A DNA stretch of 63,823 bases, counting the filler, from Licmophora abbreviata (Eukaryota), in the NCBI GenBank assembly GCA_900291995.1. It is 8 parts of 8 records of this genome, joined end to end, with 100 filler letters (N's around TTAATTAATTAA, not from the genome) between each part and the next. Parts side by side here need not be neighbours in the genome. Positions count along the whole stretch, not along the records: positions 1 to 18,620 come from OLMU01000236.1; positions 18,721 to 33,182 come from OLMU01000237.1; 6 more parts are not named here. One strand, given 5' to 3'. A program made the translations under genes and the position numbers. The notes below the pieces were generated by a model. The model saw only the letters and a program-made list of their open reading frames with translations. It ran no database searches and was not told the DNA's origin. Positions 12,431 through 23,953 of the stretch are shown here, one piece after another. The stretch's first letter is position 1; each line of letters starts with the position of its first letter.

Positions 12431-13978
12431 TCAAAGAGAACGAATCCATCCAGCAACGCCAGGTCCAGCAGTACTTGCACCAATTGATGTGTCGCCGTAC
12501 GTGGTATCTCCTAGACTAAACGATGAGTCTGATGAGCTCCGCGAGTCTGATGAACCTTCCGAGTCAGACGAATACTCCTCGAAGTCAATGCTTCGGTTTT
12601 GTTCGATTTCATCGACTGACGAATCTTCGGCTACCTTGTTGGCGTTTCCGCTGGTGGGAGATTTTGTCTGTCCCTTCTCCTCGTCTTCAATGGGTTCGAT
12701 ATCTCCAAATGACTGAAAGAAAGTTAACCACATGGTCCCTCCCTCATCAGTGGCGGAAGGCTCCTCGTTTTGCGTCTGAGAGGCGCTCCCCCGATGGACT
12801 CCCACGTCATTGGAAGCAGCAGACTTTTGCTTTTCCATCTTGAGCGAACCTTTTCCATTCGCAGCAGCTTCGGTTGCTTCTGACGAAAAAGTCTCGGTTT
12901 TAGCGATTTCTTCGTCTTCAGTTTCCCAGGGCTGCCACAATGAGCAACAGAGAGCCTCGCCATCTTGACTCTCTTTTGGCGAGATTTCTGGTTCGGGAAG
13001 AGCTGTCGACTTAGCTTCAGTCTCGTGGGGAATTTCCTTCTTCATTGCAGAACGGACGACGAGGGAATCAACAATACGGCGGGCCTCAGAAAGGAAGAAG
13101 GAAGCAGTCTCTCCTTTATCGCTGTCAAGAGAATTCAGCAGATGCTTCGTTTCTGTACTCGTCAAGAGTTTTGTTTCTTTCTCCTTTTGCTGGCGGTACT
13201 TCTGTTCCAGTCGAGAGCTGAAAGTCGTATCCATACTAGCGACGGAATCATTGTCGTCCTCTTCAGCGGTTGAGCTCATGGTGAGGTGTGATCGCCATTT
13301 TCCAAAGACTTTAGGGAGAGACAGATGTTTTAGCCTGCTTCCTTCTTTTCGTTCGGAGCGATTCTCGCTCTCATGGAGACGACGAGCTTCAGCCGCATAC
13401 TCGTAGGCTTTCCTAGCACGCCTATCAATATCCCACCTCTCCTCAAGGTGCTCGTTTGACTTGAACATAGTTTTGCTCTGCTTCAACCGAGACTCGATGG
13501 AAATAGATTGGAGAAGCAGGATCGCCTGGTTTCGGTAACACTTGACCTTCTCAGCTTTGGACCGCGTGTCTCGCGACTTAACGTCCTGTTCTGTCGTAAC
13601 TGGGATTTGGGTGGGCTCGCCAAAGCTCACGACCGTCGCTTTTGGAGTTTCAACTTTCCTAACTTCTTCGGGTTTCTGTTGTTCTTTTTTGCTACGACCG
13701 AACACACGGGCAATTCTCTTGCGCTTCGGCTCTTCCGTTACTTTTCTCTTGTCCTGACCCGGCGTACTGCTCGACGCAAGGGTGGTCCCCGTGGTTGTCG
13801 AGGCTACCTCATCAGTGTGCGAGCTTGGACTGTGTTGAGAATCCACACCTTTCACAACGACCACTTTGTCGTCGTTCACAACATTCGATTTTCGGAAGCG
13901 CGACCAACCGGTCCCACGCCCTCCAGCCTTCTTCCTCGTGGCTGCGGGCGTAGCAGACTTGATCTGTGGTCCACTCAT
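12431..13978 (-). CDS. Hypothetical low-complexity charged protein
   Basis: 515-aa ORF rich in S/E/K; no domain recognised. Confidence 0.65.
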   Translation of the reverse strand: MSGPQIKSATPAATRKKAGGRGTGWSRFRKSNVVNDDKVVVVKGVDSQHSPSSHTDEVASTTTGTTLASSSTPGQDKRKVTEEPKRKRIARVFGRSKKEQQKPEEVRKVETPKATVVSFGEPTQIPVTTEQDVKSRDTRSKAEKVKCYRNQAILLLQSISIESRLKQSKTMFKSNEHLEERWDIDRRARKAYEYAAEARRLHESENRSERKEGSRLKHLSLPKVFGKWRSHLTMSSTAEEDDNDSVASMDTTFSSRLEQKYRQQKEKETKLLTSTETKHLLNSLDSDKGETASFFLSEARRIVDSLVVRSAMKKEIPHETEAKSTALPEPEISPKESQDGEALCCSLWQPWETEDEEIAKTETFSSEATEAAANGKGSLKMEKQKSAASNDVGVHRGSASQTQNEEPSATDEGGTMWLTFFQSFGDIEPIEDEEKGQTKSPTSGNANKVAEDSSVDEIEQNRSIDFEEYSSDSEGSSDSRSSSDSSFSLGDTTYGDTSIGASTAGPGVAGWIRSL

Positions 13979-14326
13979 GGCTTGACGAGATCACAACCAA
14001 ACAAGTTGTAGCAAGTGTGTTCATTGTCGTGCCTAGCGACTCCTCCTCATGCAACGGATGCTGGAAGCGTTCAACGCCTCAACGCATCCCGAACTGTATG
14101 AATAGAGCGCAGATTTCAATGTATTTATCATGTCTGAATAAAAACATACCGAGTTTTTGAAAGGTGAAAGTCCTGCCGCCGGCCGCTACCCGGTACTAGA
14201 AAAATGGCGTGCGTCGATCACAGCCACCGAATTCTCCCGCCGAAATCAGAAACAGTGTGTGCCACAATGAACTTCCAACGCTCGCTTTCCTGTGCCCACT
14301 TGAGGAAAACCTGCTGTGCTGTTTCC

Positions 14327-16018
14327 ATGGAATCTCGTCAGAAGCTTGCTGTGTGTGTCTCGACATCGAATCCCTCCTCGTCGCTGACCGCAGGAGGTGG
14401 CGGTGGGTCAGTCGTCGTTCTGTGTCCACACACAGGGTCTATTCTTTCATCACTTCGGGCTACCGGCGATAATGCGAGTCGACATGCTTTGGGGATGTCT
14501 TCGCTCTCCTTATTTCCTAGGAACGGGCTCGGAGGTGGAATATCCATACCTCAACTCGTTCTGGCATACGGCGGCACTCCCTCGAAACGCGACGACACGT
14601 ACGGAATGCTGCTTTCACTGCGCTCAGCAGCTTCAGCCCCATTGATGCACTGGAAGTGTCGATTACCCGAGACTCAATTATCCGCAGGACTGATTGTGTC
14701 CCCCTGTGGGAGCTATGTAGTAGGAGGAGGGTCGTCAGGGGTCTGTCATGTCTGGAAGGCTCTTGGAGGCAATTTGCTGGGTACAGTCAAGGCACACTAC
14801 CGGTCGGTTGGCGCAATGGCATGGAGCGACTGTGGAAGCTATCTGGTTACCGGTGGTGCTGATGGCATGGTGCACGCTTTCTCGCTATTAGATTTGGTGG
14901 ATTACGACACGTCAGTCACTGTAGCCCCGGTGCGAACATGGACCGTTCATCACTTGCCCGTGACGGCTCTTCTAACGCTGGCCAGCGGCCGTGTCGTCTC
15001 GGCGTCACTAGACGGGCAGATCGTCATACTGGAACTCTTTTCCGAAAAGGTCATTGCCAAAATTGACATGTCTCAGGCGATATCAAGTTTGGCGTTTCAT
15101 GGCGGTCGCTTGTATGCTGGTTCTATTCAAGGAAATATCTGCTGTCTAGACCTGGATGTGTATGCCATGCATCAAACAGCTCGACTGGGTGTAACTGTGA
15201 AGAGACGGCATGCCGACAGGACACAAGAAGAAGCTTTATTTTCCATTGACAGCAGTGAGTCGTATAAATCAGAGTTGCGGGGACACGAAAAGTCAGTTAC
15301 GTCGCTGGCAGTAGTAGACGATTGTGACCAGGTCTTGTTGGTGAGTGGAGACGCGGCTGGAGTCGTCCGAGTATGGGACTTGAAGTCTCGCGGGTGCATA
15401 CGAGTGATTCGACCGTGGTCACATTCCGTCAGTGCAGCTACCTCAGTCAGCGCTCCTGCTCCTGGCAGTGGCAAAGCTGCATCGTTGCCCAAGGTAGCAT
15501 CGCATCCGGTCACTGCCATTTCAGTGGTCTCTCATAGCGACAGCGTTGAACAGCAGCAGTCGTCCCTTGGAGACTTCACAACGGCGCCCTCTAAGGAAAA
15601 GAAAGGAAAGACAAGTGCCATCAACCTTTATTCGCCTCTTCAGAGATATTCCGATCGCGCAGGATCCGACGATGCTGGCTGGATCTCAATACCGATTCTC
15701 CGACCGAATGGCAATTGTGCCTCGGTGGAATTGAATAGTCCATCGAGCGAGATTTTTGTTGGACGAGGGAAACGGCCGCGTATATCTGAATCGGAATTGA
15801 AGGAGGCGTCGGCCAATTCGACAGAGACAGCAAAAGTGGCTCAAGGTGACCTGCACGTCGACAATACCGAACGCGGGGGGAAGGAACTCGACGAACAAGA
15901 AGTAGGCCGACTGCAGCAAGATCTTGCTAAAGCAAAATTGACGATTCAGCGATGGGAGTCTGTCAACAACCAACTCCTCGCGAAACTAAAAGAGCAGCAA
16001 GCCGATCATTCCGCTTAA
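14327..16018 (+). CDS. WDR18: WD40 protein, Ipi3/WDR18-like (Rix1 complex)
   Basis: WD repeats (AHYRSVGAMAWSDCGSYLVTGGADG, HHLPVTAL, LRGHEKSV..VRVWD) and a C-terminal coiled coil. Start codon uncertain. Confidence 0.8.
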   Translation: MESRQKLAVCVSTSNPSSSLTAGGGGGSVVVLCPHTGSILSSLRATGDNASRHALGMSSLSLFPRNGLGGGISIPQLVLAYGGTPSKRDDTYGMLLSLRSAASAPLMHWKCRLPETQLSAGLIVSPCGSYVVGGGSSGVCHVWKALGGNLLGTVKAHYRSVGAMAWSDCGSYLVTGGADGMVHAFSLLDLVDYDTSVTVAPVRTWTVHHLPVTALLTLASGRVVSASLDGQIVILELFSEKVIAKIDMSQAISSLAFHGGRLYAGSIQGNICCLDLDVYAMHQTARLGVTVKRRHADRTQEEALFSIDSSESYKSELRGHEKSVTSLAVVDDCDQVLLVSGDAAGVVRVWDLKSRGCIRVIRPWSHSVSAATSVSAPAPGSGKAASLPKVASHPVTAISVVSHSDSVEQQQSSLGDFTTAPSKEKKGKTSAINLYSPLQRYSDRAGSDDAGWISIPILRPNGNCASVELNSPSSEIFVGRGKRPRISESELKEASANSTETAKVAQGDLHVDNTERGGKELDEQEVGRLQQDLAKAKLTIQRWESVNNQLLAKLKEQQADHSA

Positions 16019-16081
16019 ATACGTATACTAACAAACCATCGCCCAGCCAGTCACTATTTATACTCGAAGGCAGACATCACT

Positions 16082-17185
16082 CTATAGGCCTTTCGAATGG
16101 TCTTCGCCTAGTTTGCTTCCGGCGGACGCACGTCTCCAGTATCGAATCTTAGACATCAACAAGTCATAGGACCATTTCAAGTTCAGCAAACAGAAGATGC
16201 CATGCAATGGTAGGGCAATAGTAAAAATGCCCCAGTACGTGCCTAGCTTTTCCGTTCTAATCTTGAACATCCTGATATATTCCAGCATCAAGTAGGGATA
16301 CAAGACACATCGTATCAAGATCCATGTGATATAAAAGAATATGGAAATCAGCTTGACGCGGATCGATATGAGAGGGGGTAGGTCAATGACCCATGGCGAA
16401 AAGCCTTGCTTGTTGAAGACTCGCCGAGCGATCAAGAACCATGTGTTGATCTCTACTGACATGCATGCCCCCATAAAACAGTAGAACTCAGGTAAGCTGT
16501 AGGGAACATACAAGTAGAATAAAGTCGCAATGTGATGCTGAACAATGGTAGTGGGACTCCTGACGCACCGCGGTACCGCCAATACCCATGTCATGTCGAC
16601 CAGGAAATACACGATCGTGGCCAAAAGAAACATGGTTTGCCATTCCCCCGTCCACGCATCAGCTACGCCCTTGTTCTTCGGAAAGTTGAGAAGCATGTCC
16701 CAGTCCCAGTTCATTATGTTCAAAACAATAACTGGAACCTGGGGAAAGAAGACACCAAAGCTTGAGCTGTCAATGCAATCTCGACATCTCGACGTTATAC
16801 ACTGCATTTGATCGAGACTCACCAGAGCAATGAGGTTAAAAAAGTCGTGAAGGTCACGGGCCCAGTCGTCCCCATACGTGGGAACCCCTGGAAGCACGAC
16901 GCCCTTGTTGTTGGCGCCGGTGCGATCAACGCGATAGTAGTCCTCAATAATTCGTTTCCTTGGGCTCGGCGGTTCTGATGACGATCGTCGACGGCGTGGA
17001 GTGGTTCCACGAGAACGAGAGGAATCTAGAGAAGCATTCACTTCGTCTTGCAGGTGAGTCGCTTTCTTCGCTGAGCTCCTGGTCATCATGGTCCGAGGAG
17101 TGCTGGTAGTTCTGCTGTTCGTACGTCCAGGGCCTTGAGACGAGGTGCCTCGCAGAATTTTTCGCTGAGATGAAAGTACGTCCAT
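16082..17185 (-). CDS. TLC (TRAM/LAG1/CLN8) domain membrane protein, paralog 1
   Basis: ARDLHDFFNL, YFLVD, IVQHH, VEINTWFLIARR, FYITWILIR, LNLKW. In-frame intron 16739-16822. Start uncertain (17185 or 17089). Confidence 0.82.
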   Translation of the reverse strand: MDVLSSQRKILRGTSSQGPGRTNSRTTSTPRTMMTRSSAKKATHLQDEVNASLDSSRSRGTTPRRRRSSSEPPSPRKRIIEDYYRVDRTGANNKGVVLPGVPTYGDDWARDLHDFFNLIALVSLDQMQCITSRCRDCIDSSSFGVFFPQVPVIVLNIMNWDWDMLLNFPKNKGVADAWTGEWQTMFLLATIVYFLVDMTWVLAVPRCVRSPTTIVQHHIATLFYLYVPYSLPEFYCFMGACMSVEINTWFLIARRVFNKQGFSPWVIDLPPLISIRVKLISIFFYITWILIRCVLYPYLMLEYIRMFKIRTEKLGTYWGIFTIALPLHGIFCLLNLKWSYDLLMSKIRYWRRASAGSKLGEDHSKGL

Positions 17186-17882
17186 GCGAGAGGACGATCG
17201 CACGAATAAGACTGAACGTTCAGTCGTGAAACCAGAAATAGAGCTGTGAGAGACACTCAGTGCAAACTCAATGTGTACCAGTAGTCTGAAAGTCTTGTTG
17301 AGGAACGTGAAGAAAAGATTCGCACTTTGCGCGCGGATATCCTACACTCGAAAACTAATACTTCGCCGAGTCTAGCTCCCAAACTTATCGAACGGCTCGT
17401 CGCTACATACCGTTGTTAAGAAAACGAAACGCCCCGACGTTGTTCGGCCCACTAGATTGTAAGGCAGTCGACGGCGGCCGCTGTCAAGTGCCATTGCACT
17501 CAAATTGGACGGCAAGATGTGACCAACAGCGGGCGCGTCGTCGATGAAAGCACGCAGTGCAAAACTATGTGTAGATTGGGTGAATTTTTGTACGTAGATT
17601 CGGTACTGATTTCAACGAGTAGTAGACTCATTCGACTCACTCTGCTCGAGTCTGTGCGTCATCCCGGCGTGTTCTCGGGTCGGAAGGAGATGAAAGGAAT
17701 CTGGAATTTGCAAGCGAGCTGAGCAGCAACAGAACTGCGCAGCCTGCCACAAAAGCCACTTTCTCGTCGTGATGTCGCGTCGTCCTGAAGTTTTTCAAAG
17801 CCGATCACACACCGGCGCATCGCCCGATTGCATTCACTTCAACCATCATAGCACACGAAAAAGTCTCCCAGGACTACCAGAA

Positions 17883-18617
17883 ATGCTCTCATTGTATAGC
17901 GCTATCCTTTGTTTGGTTCTCGTTGGTCCTTCATCCGCCTTTTGTTCCAGAAGTCCGGGACGAAGTGACAAACTGGCAACAACATTTTTTCATTCATCGT
18001 TCATCGTGCTTCCCATGACGTCTGACGATGATAACTTGGCTGGGTCCTTCTTTAATCCTGTGCCAGACGACGATGCTGATCGGGATGCCGAGGACGACAA
18101 ACCAAGCTTTGACGAGAGCATCAGCGAACTTATAAAAAACAGAATGTCCCCACCGCTTGCTGCGACACCCTCCACCATTGAGGGCCAGCCGACCAAGGGC
18201 TTTGGCAAGAAACAACAGAAGTCTGACAGCACCAACAACAAGAAGCCATTTGTCGGTATTGGGCCTCCTGATAGACCTGTCAATGATGTTACGAAACCAG
18301 AATACGACGACCAGGGTTATACTGTGTACACAAACGAACAAACCGGAGAAAAGAGTCGCGTATTTGAGGCGCTCGTTGAGTATCCGTGTGAATTTACCAT
18401 GAAAATTGTCGGAGCCAACGAGGGGACGTTTGTTGAAGACATGGTTGCTATTGTCGCCGACTCCTGTGGCAAAGACCGGGCTAGTATATCGTACACGACA
18501 AGGGCCATGGGCAAGTGGACTAGTGTGACAGTTAAGGCTCCAGTCGAAAATGCTGAGATGCTCTACATGCTGTACGAAAACGTCGATCGAGATCCGCGAG
18601 TCAAATTTAAGTTTTGA
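17883..18617 (+). CDS. Plastid-targeted DUF493/YbeD-like (ACT-like) protein
   Basis: Signal peptide ending SSAF. C-terminal EYPCEFTMKIVG...GKWTSVTV...DPRVKF matches YbeD/DUF493. Confidence 0.8.
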   Translation: MLSLYSAILCLVLVGPSSAFCSRSPGRSDKLATTFFHSSFIVLPMTSDDDNLAGSFFNPVPDDDADRDAEDDKPSFDESISELIKNRMSPPLAATPSTIEGQPTKGFGKKQQKSDSTNNKKPFVGIGPPDRPVNDVTKPEYDDQGYTVYTNEQTGEKSRVFEALVEYPCEFTMKIVGANEGTFVEDMVAIVADSCGKDRASISYTTRAMGKWTSVTVKAPVENAEMLYMLYENVDRDPRVKFKF

Positions 18618-18620
18618 CGT

Positions 18621-18720
18621 NNNNNNNNNNNNNNNNNNNNNNNNNNNNNNNNNNNNNNNNNNNNTTAATTAATTAANNNNNNNNNNNNNNNNNNNNNNNN
18701 NNNNNNNNNNNNNNNNNNNN
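18621..18720. other. Artificial scaffold linker
   Basis: N44-TTAATTAATTAA-N44, giving stops in all six frames. Confidence 0.98.
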
Positions 18721-19801
18721 CGTTCCCGTGACCACGCCTGCACCGCCATCTGCAGCGATCGGTGCGAAGCCGGCATCAACGTCAGAAAGACCATTAACGG
18801 ATGATGAAGTTGTGGCGGCCGCGATACGACGAAACCAGGCGGCGGCAGCAAAACTAGCTGCAAGCAAGTCGACTAGCACCGCTAGTACCAGTACTGTCGA
18901 GGACGACAGACATGTAGTGCAAGTCGATGTGGACCCTTTGAAACAGGTTCGAAGAGGCGAGGCGATCTCTTTGGGAGGACAGTGGTTTCGTGTGTCATCT
19001 GCGGTCAAGGAAGGCGCACCTTTATCTGAACAACCGGTGCGGGCGCAGGCGCCCTTGTCAGTAACGTCACTGCATGATTTGAGTCAGAGAAATTTGGTCG
19101 ATGGATATATTCGACCCTTCACCCAAATGCTATTGCCGCTGGACTCTGCGTTGTCAAAGTCTGCGATGGAAAACATCAAGAAATCAAAAGGAGCAAGGGA
19201 TAAGCTACACAAGCTTGCCGGTGGACGTGGACTGTCGGGCGGTGCATCGGCACAACTCTTATCGTCTACGGCTCATAGCACCAATCCATCCACTCTCGCA
19301 TCGTCGGTTGTATCTAGTCTCAGCGGCGGTGCAATAGGAGGGTTGACTGCTCATCGGAAGCGTCCGACGATGATATCCAAGTCGGTGGCTTCAAATACAA
19401 AAAGCGAACAAGTAAAAAAGGACACTCAAGCGCTCACCGACGCTGCCTCTGACCCATCGCTCATGTTGTACTCGCATGTTCGTCGGCACGGATGTACTCG
19501 AGACGTACGAGACTTGTATTTGCAGTCGCGCGAGATGGTACCCGACGACGAAACAGAACTGTACAATCTCATGCTGGATTATCAACTGCTGCAGCCAGGT
19601 GAACCGATGAAGCGCCCTCGGCTGGTGCACAAAAACTCCAACGTTGATAACGATGGCAAGCCCAAGAAGAGGCGGTATTACGAACGGAAGAACCAGCGAA
19701 TGACCAATGTGCACCTTGTAGGCACGGAGATCGGCGCTGCTCTAGCGCGCGCGACTGAAAAGCAGAAACAAGGCAAAGCCGTTGGCGATGGCGGAATGTA
19801 A
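18721..19801 (+). CDS. Hypothetical protein, 5'-truncated by the gap
   Basis: Open frame from the gap, about 360 aa; basic NLS-like KPKKRRYYERK near the C-terminus. Confidence 0.7.
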
Positions 19802-19843
19802 ACTAGGCTAGTGGTCGATCGTCTCGCCACAATCAAGAGCGAT

Positions 19844-21974
19844 TTACGAATTCATTAGGTCTGCGAGCTCCTTGTCGGCATCTCTCAGCATGGCGTCTAG
19901 GTCGGCAATCGCATCGTCGCCGGCGGCACCAGATTCCTCTAATGCATCATCGATGGCATCACTATCGCTGTTGAGATTCTCTAGATCTTCCTGGGCCTCT
20001 TTCAGAATGCTCTCCATCTTGCCTTCAAACTTCTTGTCTTCTTCTTTTGATTCCGCGGGCTCGACTGTCGCGTCGTCGTCTCCAGCGAGTTGTTCTGGAG
20101 TGCGCGCTATCACTTCGCCTTCCGGCACAGCAGATGGAGTCGATGGTGCGGGTTTCTCTGGCTCCGCGCTACTGGGTGCAACATAAGTTCCGTCCAATAT
20201 GCTAACCACCAGCGGAAGGGCCAAAAAGTTTCGCATGTGCTCGACGACTTCCTCATGCCGCGCGTCGCCAGCCCCTTCGAACCGCTCCGCAGCTTGTCTA
20301 TACAGATCCATGATCTCGTTTACTCTTTCGGTGGACGGCGAATATTCCAACGCCCGTTCCTTGGTACTAATCTCTTGCACAATCTGTAACGCATCGTGAA
20401 TAGCTCGATTCGTGGCCGCGTTTGTGTGCTTGCCTTTGACTCCGTGCTTCGACTGCAAGACCGTCTGGATCTGCCGAACAGCATCAGCGCTATCAGGACA
20501 CATGTAAATGAGCGGATCGTCCGGTGCCGGTTTGAAAAAGAGCGATATAGACTCTTCTCGACGAAACTTGAGCTTGGCCATCATGTCAATGGCAATAACA
20601 AACGAGACTGCAAGACCGACCGATGGAAACGAGTAACAGAGATTGAGAAGCCGTCGTACTTTGCATTGTGAGAGATTGACATGAATAGATTGTAAAACGT
20701 ACCAGTGCCGGTACTTAGATTCAGCTTGCTGGACCGCAACTCGACAATGTGTGTATCCGTAATCATGACGAAAGATTCCTCCAGTACGCTCTTGGCCGAC
20801 TTGGTGAACGATCGAAACATTGCACCAGCACCTGACAAACCTGCTCCTGCGACCTATAAGGGCGGCAATTCAAACAACGGATGTAAATAGCACGTCGACG
20901 CAACAATTATCACTCGGATCCAAGAAAGCAATCCTCGTCGCATAAGCTTGCATTCTTCCCGTTAAGGGCAAGGAGAAGTGTCTGTCGACCCACCTGGCCA
21001 ATGCTCCCAGCATGCAGCGCCATGTACGACCCCAAGTCTTCTGGAATGGGACCGTCATCGACTGCCTCGATCAGCACACTACTACTAACCTGCCGAGATT
21101 GGTTGCCCAGTGTCATGGCATCTTCGATAAAACCTGGTCTTCGAATCGCCTTACAGGAGTAGACACCACGGCAGTCCACCCATGGAGATTCTAACAAGTC
21201 AATTTCATCTCCAATCGCAACATCTGCGATCGACGTAACTGTCGTTTTTGGTGGCCTTTTCGTCTTGCTGGAAGCTGCCGCAGCGCTTTGCTTCTGTCCA
21301 CCCGACTGCGTTGGCACCCAGTTCTGAGCGCTCTTGGATAAAAAATTGCCGATCCGTCTCGCTCCCTTTTTCATTTCCTCCACCGGATCATCCGACAGTG
21401 GTTCAACCGGCTTCTTGTGATAGGCTTCGCCCTGCAAAATACTTTCTTTGACCAGGAGTCCGACATTCAAGACCGCGTCTGTCAAGTGCATGCTGGGAGT
21501 CCAGTCGCAGTCCAACGAGAGTTCATCGCCATTCTCCACGGTACTCCCCGACGGAAACTGAGCTGCGCCCGACTTTAACATGACGTGCGGTTTGACAAAG
21601 GGGTACGCAGTTTTCGATAGATCGACCGCTTCATGCTGCTTGCCCTTGTGAGGCATAGACGCATCCAGTACAAGGACGATGTCTTCCGACGGAATCGCTT
21701 CATCTGTATCGTCAGCGCCAGCTTCTGTCACTGCAGCTGTATCGTCAGCGCCAGCTTCTATTTTTGGCCTGGGAACAGTCAGCAGAAACGCGACTGTCGC
21801 TATTCCATGTTCAATGTCGAGCTGGTGATCCTGCAGAGTCAAAAAGGGCGGCAAGACGGCCTTGACGTCCTGCGTGTCGTCGGCACCGCCTGCCGTGAGG
21901 GCCAGCAACTCTCGCTGCAGTCGCGTTGACCAAATTTCTGCATTTCGTTGCTCTGTCATTGACGAAGAGGACAT
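19844..21974 (-). CDS. Hypothetical protein with N-terminal UBC/UEV-like segment, possible PH-like middle domain and acidic tail
   Basis: RLQRELLAL, AYPFVKPHV and DWTPSMHL resemble E2-fold hallmarks. Introns 20854-20993 and 20608-20702 join three ORFs in frame. Confidence 0.7.
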
Positions 21975-22829
21975 GGTGTATGAATCTGCGTGGGAGGGGG
22001 GTGGAGATGGCGGTGATGAGAAGTAAGTCACAAGCACAGTCGACAACGACGCGTCATGAGATATATGGATCATAGTAGTCAAGCAGGCTGACGCGTTGTT
22101 TACAGAAAAGTTAGCTAATTTCGTCGATTGCAGTTCGGAACTGAGATCCAGAAACCGAGGAGTCGTGGGAGCCATTCTGACGTCCATCTTACGTCTCTTC
22201 AACAGGCTCGGGTCAGAAAACGGTCTCTCCAGCCTACTCTTACCGCAAAGTAACGTATCGCGTTCAACAGTACGAGGTCAGCTCTTCCACGACAATGCCC
22301 GGCCAAAGATCCAACGCGACCGCAACAGGATTCATTCGAGAAATTTGCAAACAAGTTTTGGAGGGAGAGTTTGCTTCCTACGAGAACTCTACATACGATC
22401 ATTCTACGTTGAAACTGTCCTAGTGACACTTGTGATTTGAGTTCGCCACAAGCGAACACACCGCGCCAGCATTCTTGGAGCCGAAAGTCTCCCAGAAAAA
22501 AGTCACATGCATTCGATACGAGGAACGCGTTGTGGTGTCGGTGTTCGATGCCTTGCTTCTTCACAACGAAAGCAGAGGTGCTCCAGTCCAGTAGAGCCTT
22601 TCCAGAAGAATGCAGACGCCGACTCCGAGCGTCGAATCTGCTCTGAAAGCGGCGGTCTCTCCGATTGCCTCTGAAGTGAGTAAAAGCCTCTTGCATACGG
22701 AGGAGCTTTGGTCACGGAGCATCGCACAGTGGCAGAGTCTACTCGTATAGAATTGCGCAGTGACTCTTGGTGGGATAGGCCGCATGCATTGCGCAGTCTG
22801 TAAAGCAAGCACTTTTGTATTGAACCGTC

Positions 22830-23636
22830 ATGAAGGATCGCGTGGTCCAGAGAATGATCCTGGACTGTCTATCTCCGTCTTCGAGAAGGTCGTCGTCGGC
22901 TGTATCTCCTCTGTCTTCCGATACGCCTACTCCCGCTTCTCCGCCGTCTCACACCATTACGCCGCCTCCTCTCCCTCCTGTTTCACCTTTCCAGGAAGAA
23001 CGCGAACAGGCACTGCGTGATTACAAGGTCACGATTGAGTACAAGCACTTGAAGCAACATGCTCCCGGTGGCGTCTACCTTGTACCCAGCCTCACAGATC
23101 TGCGACACTTTTTCGGAGTCATTTTCATCCGACGCGGGCCCTACGCCAATGGCATCTTCAAATTTCAGATTCGCTTGCCCCCACAGTACAATGACCACAA
23201 CACCTATCCGTCCATTACCTTCTCCAGTTATGTCTATCACCCCTACGTCCACCCGTCGGAAGGAACGCTCGATCTCACTGAGGCCTATCCGACATGGGAT
23301 CCGCATCGCCACTATCTCGTCACAGTCTTGACCTATCTCAAGAAAATTTTCTATCTCAAGCAGTTTGGGGCGACCGATCCTGCGGTGGCTCACTCGGAAG
23401 CACATCAGCTGGCCTTGCACAATCCGGACGCCTATCAAAAACAAGTCGAACACTGTGTACTTGTTTCGCAGAAGGAAGTCTTTGTCAACGATCCGGGTTG
23501 TACGGCGCGTTTCACACAAGAGAGTTTACAACATCAAGTACTGCGAGATTTGGTGAAACAACAGCTGCATGGGGATCCAAATCAAGTTACTCAGAATGCC
23601 ATTCTTGATCTTGTCGACAAGGCGAGCAAGGTGTAG
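22830..23636 (+). CDS. AKTIP: AKTIP/FTS/crossbronx-like ubiquitin E2 variant
   Basis: EYKHL..PGGVYLVPS..FFGVIFIRRGPYANGIFKF..YHPYV..GTLDL..YLKKIFY; Asp in place of the catalytic Cys. Confidence 0.88.
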   Translation: MKDRVVQRMILDCLSPSSRRSSSAVSPLSSDTPTPASPPSHTITPPPLPPVSPFQEEREQALRDYKVTIEYKHLKQHAPGGVYLVPSLTDLRHFFGVIFIRRGPYANGIFKFQIRLPPQYNDHNTYPSITFSSYVYHPYVHPSEGTLDLTEAYPTWDPHRHYLVTVLTYLKKIFYLKQFGATDPAVAHSEAHQLALHNPDAYQKQVEHCVLVSQKEVFVNDPGCTARFTQESLQHQVLRDLVKQQLHGDPNQVTQNAILDLVDKASKV

Positions 23637-23953
23637 TCTACAAATCGAGGAACGAGACGACATTATTCTGACTTCCGCCTTTGGAGTGGACGAAGGAGTA
23701 GTTGAGTAAAAGGCACGTTAACATTTGACTCTATAATAATGGAAATGGAAGCGCATGGCATTAGTCTATCGTGGTACATGTACAAAAAGTGGTGAATCGC
23801 ACAAGATCACTTTTCGCGGCCCCGCAACGCGCGCACATCACAGTCATCACAGCCATCAGCGTGATCACATCCTCACATGACAGGATCTTGATGCCGTGTA
23901 CGGTCATCATTTGCTACCACTCCGAACCATTGACAGGGCTCACACTTACTCGC

